A DNA stretch of 63,963 bases, counting the filler, from Octopus bimaculoides (Eukaryota), in assembly GCF_001194135.2 (NCBI RefSeq). It is 5 parts of 4 records of this genome, joined end to end, with 100 filler letters (N's around TTAATTAATTAA, not from the genome) between each part and the next. Parts side by side here need not be neighbours in the genome. Positions count along the whole stretch, not along the records: positions 12,333 to 31,994 come from NC_068982.1; positions 32,095 to 55,860 come from NC_068986.1; 3 more parts are not named here. One strand, 5' to 3'. Below are positions 26,739 through 40,054 of this stretch, in pieces. The notes below the pieces were generated by a model that worked only from the letters and a program-made list of their open reading frames with translations, was not told the origin of the DNA and ran no database searches. Both the position numbers and the translations under genes were made by a program. Numbering within the stretch: the first letter of the stretch is position 1; every line of letters begins with the position of its first letter.

Positions 26739-27090
26739 CGCAGGAGTGGCTGTGTGGTAAGTAGCTTTCTTACCAACCGCATGTTTCCGGGTTCAGTCGC
26801 ACTGCGTGACACATTGGGGAAGTGTCTTCTGCTATAGTCTCCGGTCAACAACCAAAGCCTTGTGAGTGGATTTGGTAGACAGAAAATATATATATAGGGA
26901 GAATTCACAAAAAAAACAAAACAAAAAGAAAAGACGAAGACAGGTGGTGTAGACAACAAACAGATGTATCAGTTTAACGCTCGGGAAGTGAAAAAGTCTT
27001 TAACGTTTCGAGCCTACGCTCTTCCACAGAAAGGAACGCAGAAAGAAACAAGGAGAGAAAATAAAGAATGTGTGTGGCTAACGATCTATC
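26739..27090. mobile_element. SINE family 2 (+) followed by hammerhead-bearing family A (-)
   Basis: GCGCAGGAGTGGCTGTGTGGTAAG...GGGTTCAGTC head. Minus 27034-26997 reads CCTTT CTGTGGA A GAGC GTAG GCTC GAA ACGT T AAAGA. Confidence 0.75.
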
Positions 27091-28371
27091 ATGGCGAATG
27101 CTGTGCAGAGGGGTCACACAGAAGAGCTAGGAAAAAGGGGAGATAATAAAATAGTGGTGATCCCAAAACGAAGGCGTGCGTGCGTATGTATAAGAGAGCA
27201 TGTATGTGCGTTTGGAAGAGGGCTGTTGACCATGACGTGTGCGTGTGTGTATGTGTACGTGTGAAGGTGTGGGGCTCGGAAGTGGTCAGTGCTAGTGTTT
27301 GCGTGGTGGTGTGATGAGATGTGATGTGATGTGGTTTTGTGTGGTATGGTGGTGTATGGTGTAGTCGTGTGTGGTGTTGTGATGTGGGGGAGGCAGGAGT
27401 GAGAAGGGCAAGCTTGGGGCGAGTTAGACTGAGGATGGGGTATATGGGAGTGGGTGTAAGGGATAGGGTGGGGGTGGGATGGGATGGATAAGGAAGGTGG
27501 AGTTAGATTGAGTGGGGTGGGGTCAGGAAGGAGGGTGACGATGAAAGGAGAGGGGAAGGGAGAAGGTGGGTAGGAGTAACGAGAAGGAGAGTAGGAGTGA
27601 AGAGATGACGTAGGAGTCGAAGCACGCACACACACAAACACACACACACACACATATATATTTATATATATATATGTATGTATGTAAATATGTGTGTGTA
27701 TGTTTGTGTGTCTGCGTTTGTCTCCCCACTATCGCCTGACAACCGATAGGATAAGTATCAAGCTTATAAAGAATAAGTCCTGGGGTCCATATACTCGACT
27801 AAAGGCGTTGCTCCAGCATGGCCACAGTCAAATGACTGAAACAAATAAAAGGATAAAAGAATAAACGAATGTAAATTTCACTGGAGATGAAATCATTCTG
27901 CTTAGAAGAGAAATTAGGTACTCGCTGCCCAGAAAGGTTATAGCTACGGACACGTTTAGATCTTATTCCATTTTATCGCACAAGCATTTTGTTTAGTTTT
28001 AACAGAGTTTCTAGACAAGACGGTGACTCTATAATTACTTGAGGTGTCCACGCTATTGTTTGTTTATATACCTTCTGCTACAGCGCAGAAGGTGACATTG
28101 TTGTGTAAATGGTGGCTGAATTTAGCTTGCTTTTTCGCTTATTAATGGGCCACTGTCGCCTCAGTCAATACGACAACGGTTAACATATATTATAACTTGA
28201 TAGTGTATACTTATATGTGTAAACTTGCTTACTTACATAGATATGTGCTTACAGACATACCGTACCATGCAGGCATGCAGAGAAACTGAATACAGGAAAT
28301 TTAGTGAAAGTGAAGCAAAGTAAACGGAGATGCCCCACAATGGCCACAGGTCTCGAGCTGAAACCCGAAAA

Positions 28372-28413
<42 letters not shown>

Positions 28414-28605
28414 TTTGGGTATGTCTGTATGCACATATCTATGTGCATACAGACATACCGTACCATACAGACATGCAGAGAAACTTAAATACAAACTTAG
28501 GTGAGAGATAATTACGTACATGTATAATGTATTTCTTGTTTCTCCCCACCTGTCTATACACACACACACACTCGTGTATATATATATATATCTATATATA
28601 CATAC

Positions 28606-28655
<50 letters not shown>

Positions 28656-28665
28656 NNNNNNNNNN

Positions 28666-28703
<38 letters not shown>

Positions 28704-29345
28704 ATAGGGAGAGACAGAGACATATATATTGGTCTGACTGTGTGACGTTTGTTTGTATATATATAAATATATATGTCTATGCATACATATATGTAGGTAT
28801 GTAGCCATATATATATTTGCACGTATGTACTTATGTTTGCGTGTATGTGTTTATGCATGTATGTATGTGTGTGTGCGTATGTACGTATGCCTCATATTCT
28901 GATGTTTATGCATGTTTGAAGACCAGAATTTAAAGAGAAAAGTCTTGGTTGATTAAAATGAGACCATCGTATTATTGGTATTTATTTAATCAGAGCTAGA
29001 GGGGTGAATGGAAAAGACAATTATGGCAGAAGTTTAATTAGAAATCAGTCGAGAAGAAGACAAAATATGATATATTTAGTAATGTACTCATTAAGATATC
29101 TCATCTACTCACAATCCACGCACATTCACACACAGAAAAACACACAACGACGGAGACATAGAAACATATACAAGTCATAAAAAGTAAGTCCACACGCACC
29201 GGTAATTTCAAACGCACGCGCGCACACACGCATTCGCACAAATATATATATTTATAGAGATGACAGATTGTCTTTAACATACATACATAGAAATACATAG
29301 ACATAGATGAATATATATACATATATGTATAGAAAGAATATATAA

Positions 29346-29419
<74 letters not shown>

Positions 29420-30639
29420 NNNNNNNNNNNNNNNNNNNNNNNNNNNNNNNNNNNNNNNNNNNNNNNNNNNNNNNNNNNNNNNNNNNNNNNNNNNNNNNNN
29501 NNNNNNNNNNNNNNNNNNNNNNNNNNNNNNNNNNNNNNNNNNNNNNNNNNNNNNNNNNNNNNNNNNNNNNNNNNNNNNNNNNNNNNNNNNNNNNNNNNNN
29601 NNNNNNNNNNNNNNNNNNNNNNNNNNNNNNNNNNNNNNNNNNNNNNNNNNNNNNNNNNNNNNNNNNNNNNNNNNNNNNNNNNNNNNNNNNNNNNNNNNNN
29701 NNNNNNNNNNNNNNNNNNNNNNNNNNNNNNNNNNNNNNNNNNNNNNNNNNNNNNNNNNNNNNNNNNNNNNNNNNNNNNNNNNNNNNNNNNNNNNNNNNNN
29801 NNNNNNNNNNNNNNNNNNNNNNNNNNNNNNNNNNNNNNNNNNNNNNNNNNNNNNNNNNNNNNNNNNNNNNNNNNNNNNNNNNNNNNNNNNNNNNNNNNNN
29901 NNNNNNNNNNNNNNNNNNNNNNNNNNNNNNNNNNNNNNNNNNNNNNNNNNNNNNNNNNNNNNNNNNNNNNNNNNNNNNNNNNNNNNNNNNNNNNNNNNNN
30001 NNNNNNNNNNNNNNNNNNNNNNNNNNNNNNNNNNNNNNNNNNNNNNNNNNNNNNNNNNNNNNNNNNNNNNNNNNNNNNNNNNNNNNNNNNNNNNNNNNNN
30101 NNNNNNNNNNNNNNNCCTCAACTCTCGCGCTTGTTACATTCCAAAATCTGTAGCGATAGGTGGAAATCCTCGACGTAGAAGCTGTACTGTATATTTATTA
30201 TAATTATTATTTTATAATTTGTATATATTTATTTCATTATAAATGTAAATGCAAAACAACACCACAGAGGAATGGACGTAAGTTTAAATAATAAACCCCG
30301 ATAGGTGAACCACGATATAGCGAGGGATTAATGTATATATATATATATATATCAGCTCGAGAGCTGTGGCCATGCTGGGTCATCTCCGTTTACTTTGCTT
30401 CACTTTCACTAAATCTCCTCTGGTGAGTGGTGTTTTGTAAATGAAGAGGTTTGACGTTGCCGCAATCATCTGTTTCTTGCCGCGATGTCGGTTCATTCAG
30501 AACTCTTGAGATGGGTCGATCCGTTTTGTTTTGAAGACGCCTACATACCCAGCAGGCTTCGTGGGAGGATATGAAAAAGCTGTGAGCCCTTAAAGCCCGA
30601 GCAGTACCAATATGTGGTTCTGTATCGTAATAGCAATAT

Positions 30640-31990
30640 TAGGACATTGGGTACTATTCAGTGGATCCACATTCTGCCAACGTTTGGTACAAGTTCTAGG
30701 ATTTTCCAGATGTATTTTACAGCGCATGTTTCCCATCTTCGTTCTAGGGAGTAGGGTCTTAGCCTTTTTAGTCTTTCCCAGTACCTGACATGTCGCATTG
30801 TGACGATCTTCTTTGTATAGCGTTGCTGGATTCCTTCGAGTCCAATCGCTGATTTTACATTGGTGACTACAGTTTGGAGCAGTAATTCAGACGGCTGAGG
30901 ACAAATGCTCTCCAGAAGACTAATAAGGTTTCTTTTTCTGTCGTTCAGAAAGTTCGAAGGATCCATGTGGCCAACCGTCTGCATTTTATTGCCAACTTAA
31001 TAATACGCCCCATGAAAGATGCACCATTACTCATGTCAGTGCCCAAGTCGCACACTGGTTTTCATTGCAGAAGTTGCAATCCCTCGTCGGCCAGTGTATC
31101 CTGTTTGCTTTTCTTTCAGCATTGCTTGTTGGTAGCGCAGGGCTTGGAATTTTCCAGCATTCAACTGTATGTTATTTTCCTCCAACTGTATATTGCTTCC
31201 AACTGCCATTGCAGATGCACAGCAGCTGCAGTGCTCTGTATCTTCTGAGAAACTTTAGTTTCATCTTTATAATTAGTAAGGGTGACTACCTGAGCAGCTG
31301 AGGGTATATCTGAGGGGGCCCACATATCTGAGAGGGCCACATGTCTGAGGGGGCTACATGTCAGAGAGAGCCACTCATTATTTGTCTTTCCTTGGAGTTA
31401 GCCCCGTTGGCCACCACTACGTGACTTCTGTCTTTTATGAAGTTATGTAGCCACTCTCGAAGTTTTTCGACTATGCCAGGGTTACACAGCTTGTGAAATA
31501 TCAAACTACGATCAACTTTGTCAAAGGCTTTTGCAAAGTCGAGGTATATCACGTCCACAGAATTATTGGGCAGCTGCTTTAGCACCCAGTTGTTGTGTGG
31601 CAAGAGCTGTGTCAGGCAGCTTCTATCTGTATGAAAACCGTGCTGGATATCAGTCAGAAAGTCATTCTCTTCATGGGCTTCACTTAATTTCCTCCGAACT
31701 ATTCGTTCCATGACTTCGCTGATGTGTGAAGTCAGAGAGACAGGCCTATTGTTTTTAGCAGGTGCTCTGTAACTTCCTTTATGAACAGGTCATATTATTC
31801 CCTCCGTTTGCCCAGCAGATCACTATTTGCAAGAAAACTCTGAAAGAGAAGCTACTGTGGTTTTGCAAGGACTTGTTTGCATGACTTGAGAAGTGTTGCT
31901 GGGAATTCATCGGGGCCAGAGACTGAGATTGTGTTTTTGTCATCTATCGCCAGTATTATATCCTCTTCTATTGATGCTGATGTAATCAAT
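30640..31990 (-). mobile_element. CR1/L2-type LINE ORF2 (RT) remnant
   Basis: MERIVRRKL...QHGFHTDRSCLTQLL...VDVIYLDFAKAFDKVD...WLHNFIKDR and LEGIQQRYTKKI...YWERLKRLRPYSLERR...IWKIL, with frameshifts between blocks. Confidence 0.9.
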
Positions 31991-31994
31991 TGTT

Positions 31995-32094
31995 NNNNNN
32001 NNNNNNNNNNNNNNNNNNNNNNNNNNNNNNNNNNNNNNTTAATTAATTAANNNNNNNNNNNNNNNNNNNNNNNNNNNNNNNNNNNNNNNNNNNN
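31995..32094. other. Artificial scaffold linker
   Basis: N run + TTAATTAATTAA (32039-32050) + N run. Confidence 0.9.
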
Positions 32095-32109
<15 letters not shown>

Positions 32110-32127
<18 letters not shown>

Positions 32128-32260
32128 GGCACTCCGTCGGTTACGACAATGAATGTTCCGGTTGATCCGATCAACCGAAAAGCCTGCTCGGGAAATTAAC
32201 GTGCAAGTGGCTGAGCACTCCACAGACACATGTACCCTTAACGTACTTCTGGAGGAGATA
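32110..32260. mobile_element. Probable SINE fragment (fourth family)
   Basis: Non-unique-looking block (GTGGCACTCCGTCGGTTACGAC...GTGCAAGTGGCTGAGCACTCCACAGACAC) bounded by (TA)n. Confidence 0.45.
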
Positions 32261-32289
32261 TGTATATATATTAATATATATTTGCCAAC

Positions 32290-32730
32290 TAAATCTGGCG
32301 GTCCTCTAGAGGACGGTGTTAATGTCGTGTCTAGCTCCATGAAGGCATCTCCTTCAGCCGGCTAACGACACACAGTTTGTGTCGGATTGGTATTTGCGAG
32401 GGAGGTCATACTAATCGGACACAGGCTGTATATCGTTGGCCATTTGGAAGAGACGTATTCTTGTGGCTATCCTGTGGCAATCCTGTGGCTATCTCGAGAG
32501 CTATCCCTCTACAACATCACCCTGGAGGGATTCTGAGAGACACGTTGGCTTGGCAGTGGCAAATTTATCGCAGGGGACCACTACCTCATCTGGAGTAGCC
32601 TCGAATACAGGAAGTGCCTCTGCGGCGTGGCATTTGACATGCCTAAGTACATCCGCAATCCACTCATCGTCTGGAATCCAATCAACGACCGTTTGCGATC
32701 CGTCCGTTTTCTCCACCGTCATGGAAAGAT
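32290..32730 (-). mobile_element. Possible decayed RTE-like LINE 3' fragment
   Basis: Weak similarity of the minus frames (ALPVFEATPDE...IRLFQMANDIQPVSD*YDLPRK) to RTE VLPVLLYG.ETW...RWAGHV.RM.D.RLPK. Confidence 0.35.
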
Positions 32731-33419
32731 ATCATTCTATCTATCTATCTATCTATCTATCTGTCTATCTGTCTCTGTGTTTGTGTGTCTGTCTACCTGC
32801 GTCTGTGATGCGATATACGTATACTTCACAGTTTCATCATCAGAACAAGAAGCAGGAGGAGGAGGAAATGAGAAAAGCAAAATTCTGAATGGCAATAAGA
32901 ATACAATGTAAAATAATGATAGATTATCAACTGTTCAACTGTATAAGCGCGGCCAAATTAATGAAATCAAACTACAAATACAAAGTACTCCAATATGTTG
33001 TAAGTTTCAACAGCAGGTGAAAAACTAAAGAGCAAATCCCTGAGGCCTATTAAATATTGTCGGAAGCTAAGTTTCAAACAGTTGCAAAGGAATTATGTGG
33101 TTGGACATGTCACGACAGTGCGTAGGATATATTTATACGTCAAGAAATAAATGAAATGTGAATATAACTGACTTTGTGTACATCTTGATATTTACTAGTG
33201 TTCCTCCCCTGTGTAAATGTAAAAAATAAACCACCTACAAACTTTAGAAATTATATTAATCTAGATTGATTTAGTAGAATATAGCCCAAGTGTATCTACA
33301 TCACTATAGAGTAGAGATAAAGCTGTACTGCACTACGATTTATTAGGTTTTTCAAATTAATATTCAATAAAACAAAAACATGGCTAACAGTCCTATTCCG
33401 TACTGCACCAGGCAAAATA

Positions 33420-33560
33420 CATATCGGCATGTGTTCGTCTTTGCTTTCTGAGTTCAAATGCTGCAGGGGTCGATTTTGCCTTTCATCCTCTCAGGGCTGA
33501 TAAAATAGGTACCCGTGGAAAACAGTGATCGATATAATCGATGAGCCTTGCCAGAATTTA
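33420..33560 (+). mobile_element. SINE family 1, diverged
   Basis: GAGTTCAAATGCTGCAGGGGTCGATTTTGCCTTTCATCCTCTCAGGGCTGATAAAATAGGTACC. Confidence 0.7.
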
Positions 33561-34620
33561 GAACTGATATTCAGTAAAAAAAATAAAAAGACCGTAATAT
33601 ATGAGTATCAGTTAAAATATTTAAACGTAGAAGACAATTTGGCTTTTGACCAAATGACAGCAGAACCATGCTTCTTGTCAACAATATTTGCACAACAATG
33701 TGGACCATCGATATATGAAGCATCTACATGAAGATGGGTTGGAACGTTTTCATAGATTCAGACATGTTTCGAGCCTAAGCTTTTCAACAAAAAGGAATGA
33801 GAAACAGGAAGAATGAAAATAATTATTTTAATTTTCAGCGGTCTATCATGGCGAATATACATACATAGATACATACATGCATATATATATATATATATAT
33901 ANNNNNNNNNNNNNNNNNNNNNNNNNNNNNNNNNNNNNNNNNNNNNNNNNNNNNNNNNNNNNNNNNNNNNNNNNNNNNNNNNNNNNNNNNNNNNNNNNNN
34001 NNNNNNNNNNNNNNNNNNNNNNNNNNNNNNNNNNNNNNNNNNNNNNNNNNNNNNNNNNNNNNNNNNNNNNNNNNNNNNNNNNNNNNNNNNNNNNNNNNNN
34101 NNNNNNNNNNNNNNNNNNNNNNNNNNNNNNNNNNNNNNNNNNNNNNNNNNNNNNNNNNNNNNNNNNNNNNNNNNNNNNNNNNNNNNNNNNNNNNNNNNNN
34201 NNNNNNNNNNNNNNNNNNNNNNNNNNNNNNNNNNNNNNNNNNNNNNNNNNNNNNNNNNNNNNNNNNNNNNNNNNNNNNNNNNNNNNNNNNNNNNNNNNNN
34301 NNNNNNNNNNNNNNNNNNNNNNNNNNNNNNNNNNNNNNNNNNNNNNNNNNNNNNNNNNNNNNNNNNNNNNNNNNNNNNNNNNNNNNNNNNNNNNNNNNNN
34401 NNNNNNNNNNNNNNNNNNNNNNNNNNNNNNNNNNNNNNNNNNNNNNNNNNNNNNNNNNNNNNNNNNNNNNNNNNNNNNNNNNNNNNNNNNNNNNNNNNNN
34501 NNNNNNNNNNNNNNNNNNNNNNNNNNNNNNNNNNNNNNNNNNNNNNNNNNNNNNNNNNNNNNNNNNNNNNNNNNNNNNNNNNNNNNNNNNNNNNNNNNNN
34601 NNNNNNNNNNNNNNNNNNNN

Positions 34621-34664
<44 letters not shown>

Positions 34665-35736
34665 ATATATTTATATATATATATATATATACATATATAG
34701 ACATCTATAAAACACACAAACACACATATATATATCTATATTCTTCTACTCCTTCTTCTTCCTCTACTTCCCCTTCTTTTTATGATTATCATTATTGTTA
34801 CTATTATTATTAATTATTTCGCTTAGGCATACTGATATTAATACTTTGGTGTTAGTTTTCAATACCCACATGGCCCCAAACATATTGTCTGTCGAATAAA
34901 GAGTAGTAATAAGAGATTAAAATAACAAAGTATTAGAGATTACGTAATGGACACCTTTTGTTTAGTAATGTCTCCGCTATAACTTGCTATGCCTTCTTAG
35001 ATGAATGCTTTTCTATCACTTTACAGCTTCATGGAATCCTTGTGTCTATGGTAGTAATGATTAGAAATAAACAAAAGTGTCCACGTTTCGATACAGTAAA
35101 GAGACAGGCACAAGTAACATCGAAAGTGACTCGCTAACTGTAAGTATGATTTGCGGTATTGTTGTTACCATTACAATTTACGTTAACAATGCTCATCTGA
35201 TTTCAGAATACGTTGGAGATGCAGTGTGGCAAGAAAAAGCCAGAATTCCAATTATGATGAGTAGTGACAGGCATTTACTCTTCGATTCCAATTAGATAAG
35301 TGCCGTTTACCTCGAATGACAAACACGAAAGTGAAATGCTGCGAAAAACCGATTTCATCTGATGAAATGGTGGACATGATAAGCCGCTGTGCAAGGCAAA
35401 TCCTACCTGGATTGGTTGTTTCTCCCTACCAGCCATTCAGCATTTCTTTATGTCAGACTTGTTCGTTCTCATCTTAGTACCCGTCTACTGAAGATAACAA
35501 TCGATTGAAAGCATTTCCATTCAACTGCGAAGCTGCGGTGGAAATATCTGCCAATGCGGAACAAGATAGAATATTTCATGCAATTAACTCCGCTCAATGT
35601 TGGCAAGACGCTGACTCTTTTTACTGTTATTGTAACACACACAAATACATTTATTCACAATGGATTATTCTTCGTACGGCACATGGTAGAACGAGTCTGG
35701 AATACTTTATATTTTGGCGAAGTGTTACTCGATATA

Positions 35737-35945
35737 CAGGATATCCACAAATTCTGGGTACATGGAGTAAATAAAATCAAAATATAAACAATAGATATAA
35801 GAAATAATAATTTCTTAAAGTATTTGTTAATCCCCATGTACCCAGACTGTAAATAAAATCATAACATATACAATTAAATATAAGAAATGATAATTTCTTA
35901 AAGTATGTATTAATCCTCATGTACCCAGACTTTATGGACACCCTG
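35737..35945. mobile_element. Tc1/mariner-type MITE with TA target duplication
   Basis: Left TIR CAGGATATCCACAAATTCTGGGTACATG matches the reverse complement of the right end (CAGGGTGTCCATAAAGTCTGGGTACATG). TA flanks at 35735-36 and 35946-47. Confidence 0.85.
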
Positions 35946-36159
35946 TAGATTAAAAAAAAAACATTCGGCATGGTGGCAACCAATAACTCACAGCTGTTCT
36001 AAAACCAGGAGATGGGCGTTTCGTCTTGAAAGCAGGCTAGGTACAAAGTGCAACCATATTTGCTCAATGTTCAAATTAAATGTTCACCTGAAGAAACTGT
36101 TTAAAATCGAGCCCTCTATCAATCTGGGATGTTGTCTTTCCTTCTCCTCTATATTTCAG

Positions 36160-36288
36160 CATTAAAGCTATTGTTGTAGACGGCAAAATCATTCAGTGTC
36201 TCTCCGATGAAACGGGATCTCATGATAGCCTTGTGTACCTACTGGATGCCGTAACATCATGGTGTCAGACTCTACAGATGTTGCAGCG
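36160..36288 (+). CDS. Candidate internal coding exon, product unknown
   Basis: Strong acceptor (TTTCCTTCTCCTCTATATTTCAG), GTAATG donor, 129 nt, phase 2-2, single open frame IKAIVVDGKIIQCLSDETGSHDSLVYLLDAVTSWCQTLQMLQ. No recognisable homology. Confidence 0.3.
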
Positions 36289-37339
36289 GTAATGTATGGG
36301 AAGACACGTGAACGAGAAAGGGTCTTGTAAAACTGTGTAAATTAATTTAAAGTATGAACAAGGTATTTCTATTAATACATATTCCAAATTATATGAATGT
36401 AAGAAAAGGTTTATATACTTGTGTGTTTTCAGCATATATTCTGTAAGTAAATGTAATATATCAATTGAGATTTTCAGTTATCGTTTATCTATTCAATTCC
36501 GCAGTATTTTGGACAAAATGAATCCAAATTGCAATTAATTTGCATTGTTATAAAAGCTACTCCAATAATTTAGAAACCCCTGTCCTAAACATTTTCGAGT
36601 TTTCTATAAGTTACAAATCAATATTCTTAATTTGATATTTAAATTCAATATAATATTATAAGTTAAACAGCTTCCATTGAATTAAACAATAAATATTCCT
36701 CATTACACATTATTGTAGCTTCCATTGGAAATGAATGTTATATTTCTCTGATTTAGAATGGAATTATAATGAAACAAGCTATCAAATGTAGCTAATTTTA
36801 ACAATGTTCATTGCCGATTATATTTGAAAATTGAACAGAACTGGAAACATTACAAAAGCAACCGGGATGTTACAGGAATATGTCAGACTCACTGAGTTAT
36901 GTAATTTCATGTACAAAAATTAACAAAAAATAAGGGAAAATAGACAGTGTGTTCTTAACACGAATCTACTGATATTTCTAACAGTTAGTTTGCCCTGGTG
37001 GCTACTTATTGTAAAGCATATAATCACTTCTAGATCAAATTAGAAGTATGCATTTCAAATCAAAAAGCAACAAAGTAGATTCATAGAATACACATAAATA
37101 TGTTTTTCGCTTTCGCATTAGAAAGATCTTAAAATTTCTAGTCATAGGTATTCCTGTATAACGCTATTTCGAATAAATTACATATTTAGATATTTAAAAT
37201 GTCAAATATATCATGAATGGTTTTATGCTATTGAAATAAAAGTGAATAGAAAGACAATCTTCACGTTTTATCACTAAAGCTCCATATGCAATTTAAGGGT
37301 TAAATGTTGTTTAATATTACAAAATGCATCTAGGAGCCG

Positions 37340-37500
37340 AGCTGGCAAAATCGTTACCATGTCAGGTATTTTGTTCATTGTTATCTTCGGAGTTCAAAGG
37401 TCGACTTTACCTGTCGTGATCGATACAATAAGTACAGATTTGCACTGTGGTCGATGTAATTGACCTTCCACTTCGCCTGAACTGGCTGGTCTTTTGCCAA
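37340..37500 (+). mobile_element. SINE family 1, diverged
   Basis: GAGCTGGCAAAATCGTTA...GAGTTCAAAGGTCGACTTTACC...GATACAATAAGTAC...GGTCGATGTAATTGAC. Confidence 0.65.
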
Positions 37501-37606
37501 GTTTCAGACCAATATTACAAAATGCATTATAATATTTACGGTACACTGATAATAATTTAAATTTATAAGCAACATATCGTGTCTGAGACAAACCTTATCA
37601 TTACAA

Positions 37607-37650
<44 letters not shown>

Positions 37651-39159
37651 CCCCCCCCCACACACAGAAACGCTTACATATAACCATATATAACGAGAAA
37701 ACCTTTTATTCAAGCATTACCAAGTGAGGTTTTTTGCCCAAGGATCTGGTGCTTTCGATAATCGGGATTAGACAACGGTAAAAACAATACACTACAAAAC
37801 AAAACAAAAACGCAAAACAAAAATAGTTGCTTTACAAACTTACAAAAAATTATTTAGACATGAACATTGATTTTAATCCTAAATGACCACCGAAGCCTGG
37901 TGAGCCATACTTGAGCAATAATAATGCAGTGTTAGTAGAAGGAGCCGAAATAAAAAGTATGAGAGTGCGGACAAAGTGTGGGAATCCCACATGTTGCAAT
38001 TGTCGGATGAGATATTTGTGCATAATCAATTCGGCTGGAATTTTACGATCAGTTCTAACGGAAATTTGAATGGAGACAACATAAAGTATTTTGCTGGTTT
38101 CTCAGGCAATAGTGACATTTTAAACACATGTGCACTAGCATATACATGATGTGACACAACTACGGGACCACAAACAACATAATTTAGTACAGAGAGACTA
38201 AATGTATCTTACCTCACGATAAAACAACGAGAAAAGAATAGGCGTTTGGTCTGTTTGATGTATAGAATGAGGCGTTGTCCTTCTTCTGAGACGAATATAT
38301 TGATGCATGACCTTGTTCTTCAAATTGAATAGATGGATATGGCAGATATTATATCTTATCCCTTCTCACAGACTTGCTACAATAAATGGTTTGGAGAAAT
38401 GCCGGTAATAATTTGACTGAAAATTATGGAAAGGGCATTTAGGGTCGAGGCAAATGTACACTGTCTCCTTCAGCTGTAATTATAAGAGCTACTTCAGTTC
38501 AATTATAGTCCTTATGACAGAGTTGTGACACGAATTTCAAAATAGCTGTGACGCAGCGAAATTGCCATTGCAAAATTTACGAGTTTAGTGGTGCAAAACA
38601 AAATCTTTTCAGAGAATTCTCATTTGATCCATCTTGATATTTACTGCTTTGAACACCGATATACATAAGTACATATACTGATCGACAGGAACATGCATAG
38701 GAAACAATTTTGATGGAATTTTGTGAACGCTGAGGTTTTAACAGTTAAATACTGCTGACATTATAATATTTATCTCTTCTACGACTGGCTGGCTCAGGAT
38801 GATTATCCATAATTATTGTGAGTGTTTTTGTATCGGAAGGGCGGCATGTCTCTCAATGTAAGTACATACTTAGCGTATCACAAAAATATATATTTTCATT
38901 TGGAGGCAGACTCAGATGACGTGGTCTGTTGCTTCGTTAAATATATCGAAGATATTTTCGGTTGTATTGGAGAGTAAACACTTAGATAATTAGATCTTGG
39001 AAAATAAGGTATAGTCTGGTCCATGAACTTCTGCATTCACAATTAAAAAACTTCAGCCATTTCCTTGTTGAATTCGGGTTGTTTATTGCTACTACAGTGG
39101 TTTTAGTCCCATTATTAAATTATTTTGGCATAAAGAGGGCAAAATGCTTAGCAAAATGC

Positions 39160-39249
39160 CTCTTCTTCTTCTTCTTCTTCTTCTTCTTCTTCTTCTTCTT
39201 CTTCTTCTTCTTCTTCTTCTTCTTCTTCTTCTTCTTCTTCTTCTTCTTC

Positions 39250-39319
<70 letters not shown>

Positions 39320-39430
39320 CAGCGTCATCGTCGTCGTCATCATCATCATCATGACCATGACCATCATCATCATCATCATCCTCACCACCATCGTCGTCAT
39401 CATCATCATCGTCGTCGTCGTTATCGTCAT
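39160..39430. repeat. Compound (CTT)n(TAA)n(CAT/CGT)n microsatellite
   Basis: Directly visible. Confidence 0.9.
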
Positions 39431-39743
39431 TATTCTTCAGTATTATTTTCATCACGTGTTCACATTGCACTCCCGAGCGCAGTTCTATGTGCATGGGGTA
39501 TGTACTGTGGTTTGTTGTGGTACTCTCACTTTCATTGTATTGAATGCACGCCGTGCCTAGCAGTGCTATTTTCTGTAAGTCCTGGTGTTTTAGCGATGCA
39601 TTTGTATGAATGTTTTTTTAATCATATCTAATGCACCTACTATTATAGGAAATGTCTCTCTTTTTTTCGCTCCACATTCGAGTTACTTCTATTTCGAGAT
39701 CTTTGTATTTGTGAGTTTAGGATTATCATCATCATCATCATCA

Positions 39744-39794
<51 letters not shown>

Positions 39795-39915
39795 GTTAGC
39801 TCGCTGGACGACGTGCTTAGTGGTATTTCCTTCGTAGTTCCGTTCTGAATCAAATTCCACCGACTTCAACTGTCCCTTTCATCCTTTCGGAGTCGAGAAA
39901 CTGAGTACCAGTCAC
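39795..39915 (+). mobile_element. SINE family 1 fragment
   Basis: TGCTTAGTGGTATTTC...TCAAATTCCACCGAC...TTTCATCCTTTCGGAGTCGAGAAACTGAGTACCAG. Confidence 0.7.
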
Positions 39916-40054
39916 AAGAATGCAGAAATATTTTATAGGCTTATACATACATACATATAAATAAAATTAAATTGAAAGTGAAAGTGAAAGAAACACCCGA
40001 ATATTTAAATTCAAATACTTTGCAAATATCTAATTACATTATGAAGAACCTATT

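Noticed and set aside
33070-33130. NYVVGHVTT as a possible HExxH exon of the peptidase
   Set aside because: It lacks both the Glu and the second His, and no suitable donor precedes the stop.
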